Assembly: GCA_030141605.1 (NCBI GenBank)
Contig: JAQGDQ010000043.1
Location: 124,001 to 188,000 of the forward strand
Length of the DNA: 64,000 nt
Direction: 5' to 3'
From: Tubiluchus corallicola
Lineage: Eukaryota > Animalia > Priapulida
Below, piece by piece: positions 1-14,364 of this stretch; positions within the stretch are counted from its first letter, which is position 1, and each line of letters opens with the position of its first letter. The notes below the pieces were generated by a model, which saw only the letters and a list, made by a program, of their open reading frames with translations, was not told where the DNA came from and did no database searches. Position numbers and translations under genes: made by a program.

Positions 1-1139
1 ACTGTGTTTCGGACATTAGAGTGGCTGAACGTAAAAAGGTATGGGCACTTTAGCAGTATAAAAATATTCATTATCAATTTATGACATTTTTCTCGTATGT
101 TTCAGATTGTCTCTGCATTTGTATTAATAGTTAATACGTTCCCTAGATGCCACCAACTGGCGGCACCCATCACATAATTCTGATTCTCTTCAATGAAGAA
201 TTGATAGTAAGCTTGATAAACCACCAGTAATTATTAGTTTTTGCAATAATGTTTTTCATTTGAAAAATAATCACGAGATTCACATGATTATATAATTTTG
301 AATTTTGATGACTACGTCCAATTAAATGAAAAATTTGAGATCGGTTGAACTGTCAGTTGAACTGTCAGGTATCTAAATTGCGTAAATGCGCTTCTTTTGA
401 TATGTAGTTGTCTATAATGCAATAGACAACATGAATGATGCTGCCAATCCTGTCATCATCTTGCTAAAGCTAAATCTGTGAGTTCTGCATCTTAGTATTA
501 CTACTCAGTTGTGCATGTGTAGCTCTCATGCAAATGTTCCAATGGTAGCAGAGTGTTATTTTTACTTGCAAACATGAAATTAAAAATGTGCATTATGGGT
601 ACATATGCACCTGAGTTTCATGATGGAAATATTTTATCTTATTTGGTTTTTTAGATACATTTCTTCGAATTCTCAAATTTTCAGCGCAGATTACAAATTA
701 CAGATTTTCAGAAGCCACACAGCATAGAAGCAAAGAAGCTGATTAACTTTATTGTAGACGTATGTTAACCAGGTAACACTTAGTTCACTGCTACATTTGT
801 AATCGAGTACCTGCACAGATGAGCAGATGAGTGTCTAAAATACCATAAAATAAATAACAAAAAAATAATTTCCAGTTTAAGAGGTATTTCACTATGTGGG
901 CAACTACTGAAGCTATTCAAATTTTCACAGTACAAAGCACACTAATATGTTTACTTGTAATCCAATTTTCAGCTTTAAGACGAATTTCCTTTTAGTTTTG
1001 TAGACCTTTTTTATTTTTACATTTGTTATTCACGCAAATCTGAGATGGTCACCTGGGAAGTTTTTAAAAATCTAGGTGAATCAACACGGAATAACCCAGT
1101 GGTTTTTACTCATCTGTTACACTGCCGTGGCTACTTCTC

Positions 1140-2474
1140 TTCTTGGAGGATCCTATGTCCTCTGTATTTTTCTCACTGTATATTAATAAAATGTTAAAAG
1201 AAATAAGTAGATCAGAAAGGAGGATACAAAATAGATGAAAGTATAATAGTGAGTATATTAGCTTTTGCTAATGACACCGTGCTAATTACAGAATTTGAAG
1301 TGGATATGGTAGTGTTATTGAAGATTGCTGATAATCTGGGAAAAGAGTTTGGCATGAAATTTAGCTCGACCAAGTGTGCATCAATTCTCCTTAGCGGAGC
1401 TAATGCTAATGCAGTCTTTAAGATAGGTGACATACCTATACATGCAACAGAAAGAGAAAAATACCTATGGGTAATTATAAGAGCCACAGAAGATGAACAT
1501 AGCTGGAAAGAAAGAACACCAGATATTAGAAGAACTATAGGTGCCGTAAAATTTGCGGCAATGCGATCAGAAGCAAGATTAGAAATAGGAAGAACAGGCT
1601 GGAAAGCAATTGTAGTCCCTAAAATAATGTTTGGTTGTGTGGGCAGAACATACAGCCAAAAGGAAGTTGATTGGTAAAACAGCATTCAAGAAGAATTTGT
1701 GAGATGGCTTGGAAAGCAAAAGGATGCAGTGGTGCTGCTATTAGAGGTGAAGCATGGTTTTCGTCCTTTGAAGAACGGGAAGCTAAGGCGCGACTAAAAT
1801 TTTTTAAAAGAATTATATTTATGAGTGATAATCGGCTACTGAAAAAAGTGGTAATGTGGGTAGTGACACACAGAATTCGATCAAAATGGCTGCAAAGAAT
1901 CAGACATTTGTGGACTAAATTTGGGCTTCCGGTATTTGGCAATATTATGGCATTAGGGGAATTAAATGAGGTAGGTCTGAATAAAATTTATGATAAACAT
2001 TTGATTGAAAAAGCATGGGATGTTTATATAGAGAAAGCTATAGCTGAAACGGGATTAAAAATGTGGAATGAAAAATTAAGTAAATGTTCGACAGTAGAAA
2101 GATATGGAGATTGCAAAAGTTGTATATCATTTGAACCTTGGATGAACGATACATGTGGTGCGGAATTGCTTGTCAAAGCTAGGGTTAGTGCATTAGAAGT
2201 ATTGGGAAATCCCTTGTATGCTTGGAAAGTAACTTACTGCATAGAAAAATGACTTTGTAAATGTAGTAAAGATATTGCAGTACACATAATGTTAAGTTGT
2301 GAATTTTACACACAGACGAGAAACAAGGTCCCTTGGCAAGGAGTAACTGATGAAGAATGCTTGAGATGGCTGTTTTTTGGAGAGGGAAAAATTTATGCAG
2401 TCTGCCTACTGAAGGACATAATGGTCAAAAGAAGAAGCATTGCGAATGTAATAACTTTAAAGCTGAAAAGATAA
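1140..2474 (+). mobile_element. Decayed 5'-truncated non-LTR retrotransposon (LINE): RT C-terminal half plus C-terminal Cys/His region
   Basis: ORFs 1249-1677, 1671-2252 and 2289-2474 are in different frames. 'SILAFANDTVLI' is a degenerate (Y/F)ADD RT motif, followed by 'FGMKFSSTKC' and 'EKYLWV'; the end 'HIMLSCEFY' resembles a LINE zinc knuckle. Frameshifts and stops present; boundaries approximate. Confidence 0.8.
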
Positions 2475-3408
2475 AGAGTAATATATATTTAGCCGTGCGT
2501 AACGGCGGTAGAACATTTATAAATCCAAATTTGTTTTCTGTTGTAGCATTACAGCAAGCATATGTGTGCGCCTTGGCATTTTTGAGTAGAAATCAGCCTA
2601 GTAGTACAATATACATAGCTACTTGCCCTGATATAAAAGGGATTTAGGCACCGGATGGATGGAAGGATGGATGATGTATTCATATCCGAATGTGATTTGG
2701 GCACTTCTTCCTGTTCAGTATCTCATTTGAGAGAGACCCCTACCCCTGATGATGAGTTACATTCCAGTCATGCTATAGCCAGCAATATTGTTAAGCATGG
2801 GTCAAGTGCTAAACTCTGGCTTGCAGTTTATGTAATTACCAAACACAGTAATTCCTTTGTCTGGGTCTCGAATTTCTTGTAGATCTCTGTCAGTCAACGT
2901 TGTGGCACAATTCAATATCTTGTAGATAACATGTTGAGTCATGTGTTTCATTCCAAGTTGACACAGTTCATTGCTGCTTCCCCCGTTTAACCACATGTGC
3001 CAGTTGCCACACAGTGAATATTGATCAACTCCTTATATAGTCTTGCAAAAAGCCGCAGAGAACAGTAATAAATTTTATCATCAGTCATTTTATTCTCAAT
3101 AACCTTTAATCACGAAGAGAGGAGAGTGACTCATGAGTAGATCTGGAAATACAAAGCCAAAATTTTATTAATTGTTTCTATGCAAGATGAATGAGTTCAT
3201 AGTTATTATGATAAATCCATTCAGGATTGACAGATTGAGTAACTCCTAGCAAGAGGAGACAGTATCATTCACTGAATTGCAGACTTTTTTCACAGAAGTT
3301 ATTCTTAGTGTTACCTGTCTCTGTCTACCCTATGTGTAGTAAAGCATTTTAAGAATCATAGTCTGAGGGAAAATCGACTACAGTAAAATAGGGCTGCCAC
3401 AAAAAATT

Positions 3409-3414
3409 CTCTCT

Positions 3415-3467
<53 letters not shown>

Positions 3468-3697
3468 CCTCTTTCCTTCCCTCCTTCCCTCCCTCCCTCT
3501 CTCCCTCCCTACCTCCCCTATCGCTCTCTCTCTTTTTCTCTCCCATTCTCTCTCCCCTCTTTCTCTCTCTCTCTCCCTCCCTCCCTCCCTCCCTCTCTCT
3601 TTCTCTCTCTCTTCTTCTCTCCTTCCCTACATCCCCTATCTTTCTCCCTCTCTCTTTTTCTTTCCCTTTCTCTCCCTTCCCTCTCTCTCTCTCTCTC
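3409..3697. repeat. Polypyrimidine (CT)n/(CCCT)n microsatellite
   Basis: Directly visible tract of about 290 bp; explains the spurious RE-rich ORF 3349-3738. Confidence 0.95.
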
Positions 3698-3739
3698 GCC
3701 AGCAAAATATTCGAAATTTTATTACTTAACAGATACAAA

Positions 3740-4910
3740 CAGTATATTCCAACAACTCCTAATCAGTTTGGTTATGTAAAAAACGTGGCACCGAAATTTG
3801 CATAAGCACATTAAAGGAGATCATTGACTACTACATTAGTCGTGATAGCTCTGTTCACATTGTTTTTATTGATGCGTCAAAGGTTAATTTCTTCAAGATT
3901 TTATCAAACTCACAAAGACTTCAATCCCGAATATTGTAATCTGCTTGCTCACATTTTATTACACGCAACAAGGCATGTCTGTCAGGTGGGGATATAGTCA
4001 GTCTACAACTTTTAATATTGGAAATAGAGTACGCCAAGGTGGTAAGATGTCACCTTTTCTTTTTAATTTTTATTTTAAAGATCTAAGTGTTAAGCTGTCA
4101 TCCATCCAACTTGGTTGCAATGTCTCGAACATGGTTATGAACCACCTGATGTATGCTGACGATGTTTGTTTGTTAGCAACAACAATTATGGCCCTGCAGC
4201 AACTACTAGATTTGTAAAAATTGTATGCTGAATGTAGCTAAAGCTAAACTTATGTCTGTTAATTCAAGCATCATGAGAAATTTTACGTTTGGTAAGGTAA
4301 CATCAAACTAGATAATAATGTTTTACATACCTGTGATAATGAAAAATGTTTGGGACATATTATTTCAAATGATAACAGAGATGACCTTGACATTGTTAAT
4401 CAAAGATCCTTATACTACTGTCGTACAAAACAACTTATAAGAAAATTCAGCTATTGTTCTGTTGATGTTAAAAGATATCTATTTAATGCTTACTGTAATA
4501 CATTCTATTGCATGTCTACCTGGAGACATTTTAATAATTGTAATATCTTAAAACTCAAAATTGCACACAATGTGTCAAAAAGATTATTTTTTGGATATGC
4601 ATATGATTACAGTGCTCATGAGATGAGTGTTGAAATTCGCGTGATGTATTTTGATGTATTACGTAGAAAATCTGTCTTAAGTTTAATGAAAAGGTTTGAT
4701 TCTAGTGATAATTTAATGTGCCAGAAAATTTTAGTAAGCGATGCTAAATTTACACCGCGCATAAGACAGCAATGGTGGAGACTATTATTGTAATTTTCAT
4801 ATTTATCTAAGTTTGTGTGTGTGATTTGTTTGTATTGGTTTTTTGTTTTTGTACATATGTTGTATAATGTGAACTTATGTTTGAAATTAAGAATTAAATA
4901 AAATAAAATC
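3740..4910 (+). mobile_element. Decayed LINE reverse-transcriptase region (RTE-X-like)
   Basis: 'NQFGY', 'LKEIIDYY..VHIVFIDASK', 'NRVRQGGKMSPFLFNFY' and 'HLMYADDVCLLA', with a C-terminal part in ORF 4350-4793. Ends near AATAAA followed by a tctctc tail at about 4900-4920. Clade assignment is tentative. Confidence 0.85.
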
Positions 4911-7900
4911 TCTCTTTCTCCATCTGCTCTCTTTCCCACTCTTTCTTCTTTAAATAAAACACTTCTATTAAATGGCAAAGACAGCATTATTGTGATAATA
5001 AGGTTCAATGTAAAATTTATCGCCTGCAAAATGAGATATTTTAAAGAGTTATAATAATAATGATCTCCTAAGATTTGTCCTTCATGTTTTCTTGTATATA
5101 CCTGTCTCTCTTTTTCTTTGCTTTTAGCATTAAACAAATGTCCTTTGTCATTATTTTCTTTTAGGCCACCAACTTTTTCTGTCCCCATTTGTTTTGAGGA
5201 AAGTACGTTTTTTCGGGAAACTGATTTCTGAAACAATTCCACTTCTTTTGGTTAGGAACTGATAATAAATTGCCAAAAATCCGTTTTTTCATTCATTGAA
5301 CGGTTATATGTAACCGCAGCCTGTAAACCAGGTTAGAAGAGCACCTAAATTTAAAATTCAAGAACATCCTGAAATTTCGGCGCAGGTGGGATCAGTGGCA
5401 TTATTTTTGGATTCAAGCTTGCTGTTTGTTTGGATTACGCTTTCAAGTCGAGATGTTCTACATTGGGAAGTTTTTTCGGGTAAACGCTTTTGATTTTATT
5501 TGCTCACGGTTTAGAATTAAATACCCTGCCTTGTCTCTTGTTACCTCTGACTGCTCGCACTAAGCCCTAAACTGCCTAACTTTGTGTACCAATAACATAC
5601 ATTTGGCAGGTTTCGTATGAACACTGGCTTCATACGAGAACTTTTACAAAAATTCTAAAGTGTAATAGGGTGTGCTTAACGTTACGGAATGCTCTACTTT
5701 AACAAGAAATAATAAGACAACTACCAGAAATGAAGCCATCATGACATTATAAAGGTGTCGTGGAATATATATATATATGGAATATGACCATATTTGTGCC
5801 TCTGGCCACAAATCTGATTTTAATAATTTTAGCATTGTGACCAGAGCTACAAATAACTGGAACTTATTAATAAAAGAAAGTTTATCTGTATACTCTGATA
5901 AGCTTTCTTTTAATGTATAAAGCAGTTCAATACTTTTAACTTTATTCTCAAAAACTTAGCTGTTTGTTACTGTATCACTTTCTTTTCTACTGGTCTGGTT
6001 AGTCATTACCTAATTGGCTTTTTATAAATACATAATTAGTGCATAATGTACAATACTGTAGGCTCTGCCTATATAAACTGGTTGTATGTTTGTAAAAATT
6101 TACCACTGATGAATATTATACATATATATAATATATATTTCTGTAAACCCAAGTAACATTTGCTGTTGATGATAGTGATAGTGAGTATATCATCCATGAA
6201 CTTGTTTGTATTAAAATTGAATACTGATTACCTTAGTGGCCCAAAACAGCTTATTACAAAAGTATTTGAGACAGTCTGCTACAGGATGCAAAACCTGTGA
6301 TTACACCATTCACACGTAAAGCTCTAAAACTTCATAAATTTTGTAAATCAAATTTATTTGAGTGTGTGCGTCCAGAAATATGTTATAGTCCAATAAAAGA
6401 ACTAGATCATATGAGAAAAATGAAACGAATATAAATTTATGTGTGAAACCAGCGTAGCTTTGTACAGAGAAAAGGCGTTTCAAGCATTAAATACAAGACA
6501 AATGATTAGTCCTTAAAACATGGCAATTTCTCTTACAAAAATCGTATGATTGATGTTGCTGATGCAGAGTGGATTTGACTGAAGGGATCTTTGATGTTTT
6601 TTTGTAATTTATTTCGTGAAGACCGTCATTCAGTCGCAAGTACGTCGATGAGAAAATGGAAACTGGTCGGTCAGTTGCTGAATTTCAAGTAGCATGCATT
6701 GATAAATCAGCAACGGCTTCTAATTTCTGGTGAAACGTTTGTCTCAATTAGTGCAACCTTCTTGTAAGTGGCGATCTGTCAAAAACATTTTGAGTTATTG
6801 CTTGACAATTCCCTAGTTAGAAATCCATCAACGATCAGTATCAGTATTGAACTGTGGTTCAACAAGTATTACTGTACTTTCGTGAACATTGGTTTACTGT
6901 GTGACTTTTACACTGTAACTTCACTTAGTCTTGATGACTGAGATTCATGTGCACGTTTTACTGTTGAGCACTTAATCTTGCCCACTGCATTTGAGTTCAT
7001 TCAGCAACTTTTGCATTCATGACATAAACATTTAAGTATATGCAAACATATTCTTTGTCTGTCATTATTTTTGGGGTACTCATGTATGAAGTAACTCTGT
7101 TAAGAAGTTTATGTCGTTGTGATGCTATTACCATTCTTGTTGTTCCTGTAATAAGTTTTTATTGTGACCTCACAATAGGGTTATTTCTTATAAACTCTCA
7201 CAAAAATGGATCATGTCATCGGTATATAGTATCTCTAAATGGCGTATAGCAGTCAATAAGCGAGTAACCCAATCCTTTGCATTGGCGGACTCGTTGCATA
7301 TGCATAACATAGATTTATTAGTTTTTCTATAGCAACTGCCAAAATGAATAAGAATCCCTTTTACACTTCTCAAAGGAAAGGAAACATACCGAATTCATGT
7401 CTAGTGCGCAATGTACACCAGGTACACACTCCTGTTTCTGCATTTTTGTGTCCGATTTGCAGACAGTTTATTCAGTTCATTCGGGTATTAAAATGATTGA
7501 GTAGGATATTCATCAGCTGTATTTTTACGGTTCTGCACCCAGTATATATTGCACGAACAGAAGGTGTTGTGTTAAATTAGTTTTCGATGCAGATTTTTAG
7601 TGTGCTGTTAGATCAATAGCGCATTTGATTACATTTATTAGTTTTGTTAAGTATAACTAACAGCTTTCCTAACACTTGTTGCCCTTGACTATAGGTGAGA
7701 ACTGAAACATTCGGCAGGTGCTTGAGGTCAGCTAAAATTTCATGCTAACTGGTTACTTTCTTTGCAAAGCTTTGTCGTTTTTGGATCATCTTAAATGATT
7801 GGATCAATAAAAAACCGTATTTCTGAATCCCTGATTTGTTGTTCACCTCTTAGTTGTTTTGATTGTAACCAACAGCGAAGCTTCGTTTAACAGTCCCAAT

Positions 7901-10589
7901 TTACTCCTAATTGGTCTTGTTTTCTTCAAGTTGCTGCTGTTCACCACGATTATGGCATCTCTACTGATTGTGCATCCAGTGTTTAAGCACGTAGGCTCAT
8001 GTTTTATCAGTAAATTTCTGTAGAAGCTAAAACAGATAATCAAACTTGTTGAACAAAATGGAATTACGGCGACCGCTGCTTCAAAATGTATAATTAGATG
8101 ATTACACAAACGCATACAACATGCTTTTCCACAAAATCCTTATTTTCATAAAATTTAACCATTTTCAATACACTGTTGTACAGTGTTTTATAACAAATTA
8201 ACTGATTACGTAGAATCTAAAACAACTTATAATTAGTTACAATGCATATTACTCTTTGACAAAAATATTTTAAACAACTCTGTTTTTCCTTCTGTGCATC
8301 TGTGTTGAACTTAACACAACAAACTTGCTTTAAAGTTTACGTATGTGCCTGACTGCAAATATTGGTACACGCTTTCGACCATGTTTTTACAGATGTGCGA
8401 CTTGATGCTGGCGCAGGCAACAAACCAGTAATTTAAATGTGATTAGAAAATGAAGCCAAACACGTCGACTTCGAAAGTTTACATCACCGGAAAAAATGTG
8501 TTAAGAAATAGCTGGTGGCTTCCTGGAACATGCTTCTTTAAAACATTTAAATGTTGTTGCTTCTTAAGCAGGTATTGCCAAACACGTGTGATTATTAGTG
8601 ATAATCAACGAAAAAATTTTTTCGCTATTGAGCAGTGGAGTAACAGATATCCCAGTTTTTTTCTGACTCATCTTGTAAATGGTAGCAATTTTTCGGCAGC
8701 GTCTGAATTTTTATTATCTTGTTATGCTGGTGTATGCTACTGTCAGGACGACATCATGTTAACTATTAGTTTTCCAAATGAAGAATCACTGTTGTTTAAT
8801 AGAACAGTTTTTGTAGCAGAGTTTCTTGTCATGTGGATGAGAACCACATGCTTTCTGTGTGGGATGGACAGAGTTCTTAGTTTTTTCATGTACATAGTTA
8901 GTGGAAACTAGTGGACTTTTTATGACATACACCACAAGTTCCCATCGTAATGTATCAAGATTCACATCATTATTATCAGTTATAGTAAAACAATAATGAA
9001 TTAATTATGAAACAACTAAAAATTTCTAAATATTACTTTTATTCTATGCCAAACAAGAGTTCAAAATTCAAAATTTAAATCCATTACCACCAGACACAGT
9101 ATAGTTGCCACACATATTTTCCTTTAGTTATGACTGTAATATTAGAAGAAATCCACATTTCCAGATTCACTTTCAGCTATCGAACAGTCATATTTGGAAT
9201 CTCAAGCCATACTTTAAAAAAGTGCGTAAGTGTTCTCAATTCTTTCGCGATTTTCAAGTGATTTGGTTGTAATCATCTTATGGTTGATTTCTTCACAAGT
9301 ATGTCGTTAGTCACTCAGGCTTCTCACTCAGTGCATTCATATTACTTAATGACTCAATATCGTAGCATTCCTCGGCACATCTAAATGTTGACTGTTGATG
9401 CTAATGTTAACATAGGAATATTTTATTGTAAAAAAATAAAAATTAAACTTTTATACCCTTTGATGTCTACAAGCTAGGTTCCAGTAATTGTTTGCTTGTA
9501 ACAGCTGTAAGTCCTTAATCAAGCGGGTAAATAGCTTGGCAGCACACTGGCATCTGGATTAAGCGGGATTTTGAGTAATTATTGTGGCAGTTACACTACC
9601 GACTTATCGACAGTCATGGTATTGCTCAACTTTGGTTCTAAGCAGTCACCCGTCTATGACCTATTCACAATGCTAGGCGATGTAGACAAAATCCACGCTA
9701 TTTAGGCACCCTCATTATTATATTCATCTCTTAGAAAATACATGTCTCCAAGTACCTCACAGTTGTAGCTTTGATGCCATGGGCAGCCACTGTTATTTTT
9801 CTTATTAATAATTATGTTTTTTTCAGCAAAATGAGTGAATGTATTCGTCGTGAGCCTACGACAAATAAGAGCCGTTGAAAGTGGTAGATTTTGTGTGTAA
9901 AAGTAAATTACTAACATGACAATTTAGGCTTTTTGAAATGGGTTATAATAGAAATGTTAAATGTTTTTGTGCTTAGCAATTTTTTGTGCTGGAGAGTAGG
10001 GATGAAAGCCTGGGTGGGTGGGGGCTAGGTTACTCTGAGTACGTTACGCTACTTGCTGTATGTACGCATCCCGCCGCACCTGGACAATTCCTGTGACGTT
10101 AACAGTAAAACAGACTAACGAAGCTACATCATATTATGGTGCTCTGCAGCTTAATCTATCTTGTTTCAAGTGATAATTTTACTCTACGAGGTCTTTAGCA
10201 TTGATTTCCATAAGTTTTCTCAACATGATGTAAACAGCTATCATTATACTTTCTCCCAGCTCATCAAAATTGCTAATTACTGGATTTACTGGAATTACGT
10301 CTCTGCTTTAACTTGTAAAACGTAGCTGAAATTATAATGTTAACTTACGACTGTTATTGAAAATTAAATATTAGCTGCATTTGTGTTTTGCAAAGTGCCT
10401 GGTTGCTTAGCAACGGTATATGCAACGCTTTAAATCAGGTTCAAGGACTTGAACAAAAATGATGAACCGTTTCAAGTGTCAAAACGCGTCTAAGCATTTT
10501 AATTGGAGTTTAACATGGTTAAAATAATACTACTATACAATGTTAAATGTAGTAATTTACGCTGCACTTGAACTTGGTAGATAGATGTG

Positions 10590-11597
10590 TGGTGCCAGTA
10601 GGTTTGGTACTAGTAAGTTTGGTACTGGTAATTTTAGTACCGGGAAAATTTGGTACTAGAAATTTTTGGTACACGATAATTTTGGTACTAGGAAATCTGG
10701 TACAGAGAAAATATGGTACTAACGAAGTATTGTCAGACATTTTTGGCACAAGTAAATGTTGTACAAGTAAAAATGTTACAGAACAAGTTTGGTACTAGGA
10801 AAGTTTAGTACTTAGAAAGTTTGGCAGTATGAAAATTTGGTACAGAGAAAGTTTGATACAAGGAAAGTTCAGTACTATGAAAATATATTTTATGTAACCT
10901 CCTCGAACAACATATAGAGGCTCATATTTTTGTGTTTTTATACGTTTTTTGTTCGCTTGCTCTTTGTTTGCTTGTCTGTTGTTTGTTATTTGTCATTGTT
11001 GTTGTTTGTCTGTTTCTTGCTAGCTCTTTTGTTATGATTACTGAAAGAATTCTCAAATGTACTACCCTGGAAAATTGGCATTAATGTCTGTCCTTGTGTT
11101 CATTTTGTTTCATGCGCATATAAGTCGACCCCCTGATTTCCGTATTGTATTTTATAGTTCTAAATTCGGCTTATATGCGAGTATATACGGTACTTGGATA
11201 GGATAATCATTGATAAAATTTTAGTTGCCAAACACTTTTAATTACAGTATAATGTTTTATAAACTTTTTAATAAACTAGACTTTCCTAGTATCATATTTC
11301 CAAATTCCTCTTCATTCAATAAACTTCTTTATTTTCTAGTTGAAACAATTATTTTTTACTGAGATATAGAAATGTTCTTTTTCGATAAGTACCAAATTTT
11401 CTAATACCAAACTCCTAGTACCAAACATTCCCCGTACCATATTTTCCTAGTACCTAAAATTCCTTGTACCTTAAGAAGATAGTACCAAATTCACTTGTAC
11501 TAAAAATTCCTAGCAGCAAATTTTCCTGGTACAAAAAATTTTCTCATACCAAAATTACCTGTACCAAACTTACTTGTATCAAACTTTCCTACATTCC
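10590..11597. mobile_element. Foldback-like element with modular long inverted arms
   Basis: The left arm (about 10590-10880) is tandem ~15-16 bp TTTGGTACTAG-type units. The right arm (about 11385-11597) is the reverse-complement CTAGTACCAAA units, and the outer ends align as inverted repeats. Confidence 0.7.
11115..11192. mobile_element. pogo/Tc2-like (Tc1-mariner superfamily) MITE end nested in the foldback spacer
   Basis: The reverse complement of the right end reads TACCGTATATACTCGCATATAAGCCGA, a typical pogo/Tc2-type TIR with terminal TA; an internal CGCATATAAGTCGACCCC subrepeat is present. Confidence 0.6.
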
Positions 11598-14364
11598 AGA
11601 CGTGCATATCATGTTAAGTGTTACTCTTAGCAACATATTTCAATACGTTATGATCTAATTAGGAAATTGTGCTGTACTCAGAATTTTCTCCTCCTCACAG
11701 AAGTCTCAAAAATATTTTTCTTTCAGAATTCTTTTTGGTTTTCCACCTGCAGTAGGTTGTCAAAGTGTTTGATTTAATTAATAGGTTTGCTGCATTAAAA
11801 AGTGGGCAACCTGAATTGATGATGTACAACCTCATCACTTTGTAATCACTTTCACATGTTGCACGGTTTTCATTGGTAGTCATTGTAACTAGGAGACGGG
11901 GTCAGATATTTAGACAGTGACCCAATGGACAATTGGACACAAGACAACGTTAATTAATGGTAACTCCACACCACAAAATATATTCTGCAGCGCATTGTGC
12001 AGTTGACCACTATAAATTACGCAATAGCATATTGAGGCAGGTAATCATTCAACATTTACAGGTCATGTTGCCATGTTAAGTTAGAGTAGTAACTTCATCT
12101 TTAAAGGTAAGTGGCGTGAGAACGTTCACGTCTGTTTTGTTAGTTTAAGCACTATAGTAATTGCATTGATTTCCATTTTACTGGTGGTGTCGACTATTCT
12201 AGGTATGAATATCGCAATTTGTTTCAAAATACGGTGACCTATACTTCGTTTATATTTGTATGTTTATGCGGTTTGGCACTCAGCAAACTTAAATCTAGCA
12301 CTCGATGTAATTTAGTGGGGCTATTTAATGTATGTCGTTGTGACAGGACTGGAATCTATCGCAGGAGATGAGATACTGAAAAGGTGTCATTACCACGCTT
12401 AGAATGTGTATGTATATTACTTCAAAGAAATAAATAGCCACAGCAGTATGGTGGTTGGAGCCATCTAGCGGCAGGTATCCATTTACCGGTCAGACTCCGT
12501 GTTTTGTTGTGTCCTTATTGTCCACACGTAATATCCATAACCTCTCACCCTTCACTTCACTATTAGTCACATACGAACGCAGAGATGTCACCTACATTGT
12601 ATTATGATCATAGGTGCGTTGTCGCCATACTTCAGCGAGAAATTTCTGTAGTATGTATGAACACATCATTAAACTGATTCTGCATGACATTTGAGATTTT
12701 TCTCTGTGCAATGAACCGCTCACATCAAAAACTGTTTCACCTCACAGGAAGCAATAATTCTGCAGGCTGGATAATTGAGCTTCTCTCTTGTACATAAACC
12801 ACCTGTGGTGTTGAAAGCTAGGCAATGTGCACTGTGCAGCATTAATTTTCCATAACGTAATTACCGGAGCCTTGGCAGTGCAGGGGATACATGTTGCATA
12901 CATAACGCTCTTTGTGCGTGAGGTTTGTTTTGAAACTGCGTGGTCTGGTTGCCTGGTCTTACTGATCTTACTGAGTGGAGAATCAGTGGCACTAAAGTAA
13001 GTAAAGTTCAGATTGAAGCTTTTCTTAAAGTCAAGTCAGGTCCAATCAGATCAAAGGTGTTTCAGATGCTGGTGATATTGTTTTAGACAAGCAACTTAAT
13101 AGGCTTTTGTAGTATGTTGGGGACGGGTTCTCTTATAGCAGAGAGAGACTTTTGCATGTCTGGCAAAACATTTTCCATTAGGAGTATGTATGTTTCTTTA
13201 ATAGCGTGTAGGAGAGGTGCAGGACGTTAGGTTAGGATCTTCTTTTTTATAGTAACCTATATAAGATTCTACTTATTTATTCTAATCTAAAGTAAATTAA
13301 ACTTTAAACTAAATCTTTTTAGTTTTTTCAATGTGTGGCTTGTGTAAGGGATTTTATTCAGCCTTTCTAATTGTATTTAACGCAGTTCTTATTCTCCCCA
13401 AACGCTCACAATCGGATTAACTACGTGAATTACGTTACATGAGTTACGTGATTCTGTAATAATTTACGAAATGGTTTACAGCAAGTAAAATCTTTAGTCA
13501 GTTATCGTTATCTAACGCTTTTATTGTTATTTAAATGTTTATGGAATAGTTGCTTTCAAGCATAAATTCTTAATGAATTAAATTCAGAAGTCTTTTTAGT
13601 TGCTTCTGAAAGCTGCAGTCAAACACTGCAACTGGGCTTCCCTACAGGCAAGCTGCTCAGCGCCCACTGCTCAGTTTGTGTAGTCAGTGTGTGGGTTTCT
13701 CTTTATCTGATGAAAACCATTATCATTGTGACTAAGGCACCTATGAGAATATTTACACTGGTTTTGTGTTTGGTTATCTTTTGAATGTTCAAAGGTGAAT
13801 CCCTTGGATTGAGTTTAATGGAAGAACCTCTGTCTTGCTTAACAAACAGTCGTTCTCGTGTGTAATGTCAGCCAAGTCCACATAATGGATGCATCAGTTA
13901 GGAAGTTACCTTGATGAATTTAGCCTTTGTTTGTGCTGCCCGCCCCTCTTTCCAGCATGTTTGTACTAATTGTGCCATTTTATGACAATGTTACATAATA
14001 CTGATCTGCTGCGTAATACTGATCTAATACAGTTGGAAGAGCCTTTAATAATCTTTAAAAAAGGTTTTAATAGCAAATTTCTCGCTATTTAACAATGCGA
14101 ATCCAACAAGTGAAGCTTGACGTCATCGTAAATACTTTGTCTCCCCCTCCCTGGCCTATTCAAGGTTTGCATTTGCTTGCGTTCTGCACATAATTCATAA
14201 TTCGTAACAATGATGTTCCACCACGTAACTATCCTAATGCGATAATGGCACAAATGACATTCCACATTAACGAGTTACGAATGTAAGATGGTTGTGGCGG
14301 GACTGGAATCAAAATAATTATTAATGATTATCATTCGAATGTCTGCCCTGGTCTTACGTACCTA

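Noticed and set aside
3349-3738. RE-rich 129-aa ORF
   Set aside because: Translation of the (CT)n microsatellite.
8450-8911. 153-aa ORF as a nested gene
   Set aside because: No recognisable motif; F/C-rich composition typical of random AT-rich sequence.
10590-11597. CRISPR-like array of short repeats
   Set aside because: Units are contiguous and degenerate with no unique spacers, are inverted between the two blocks, and there are no cas genes in this eukaryotic context.
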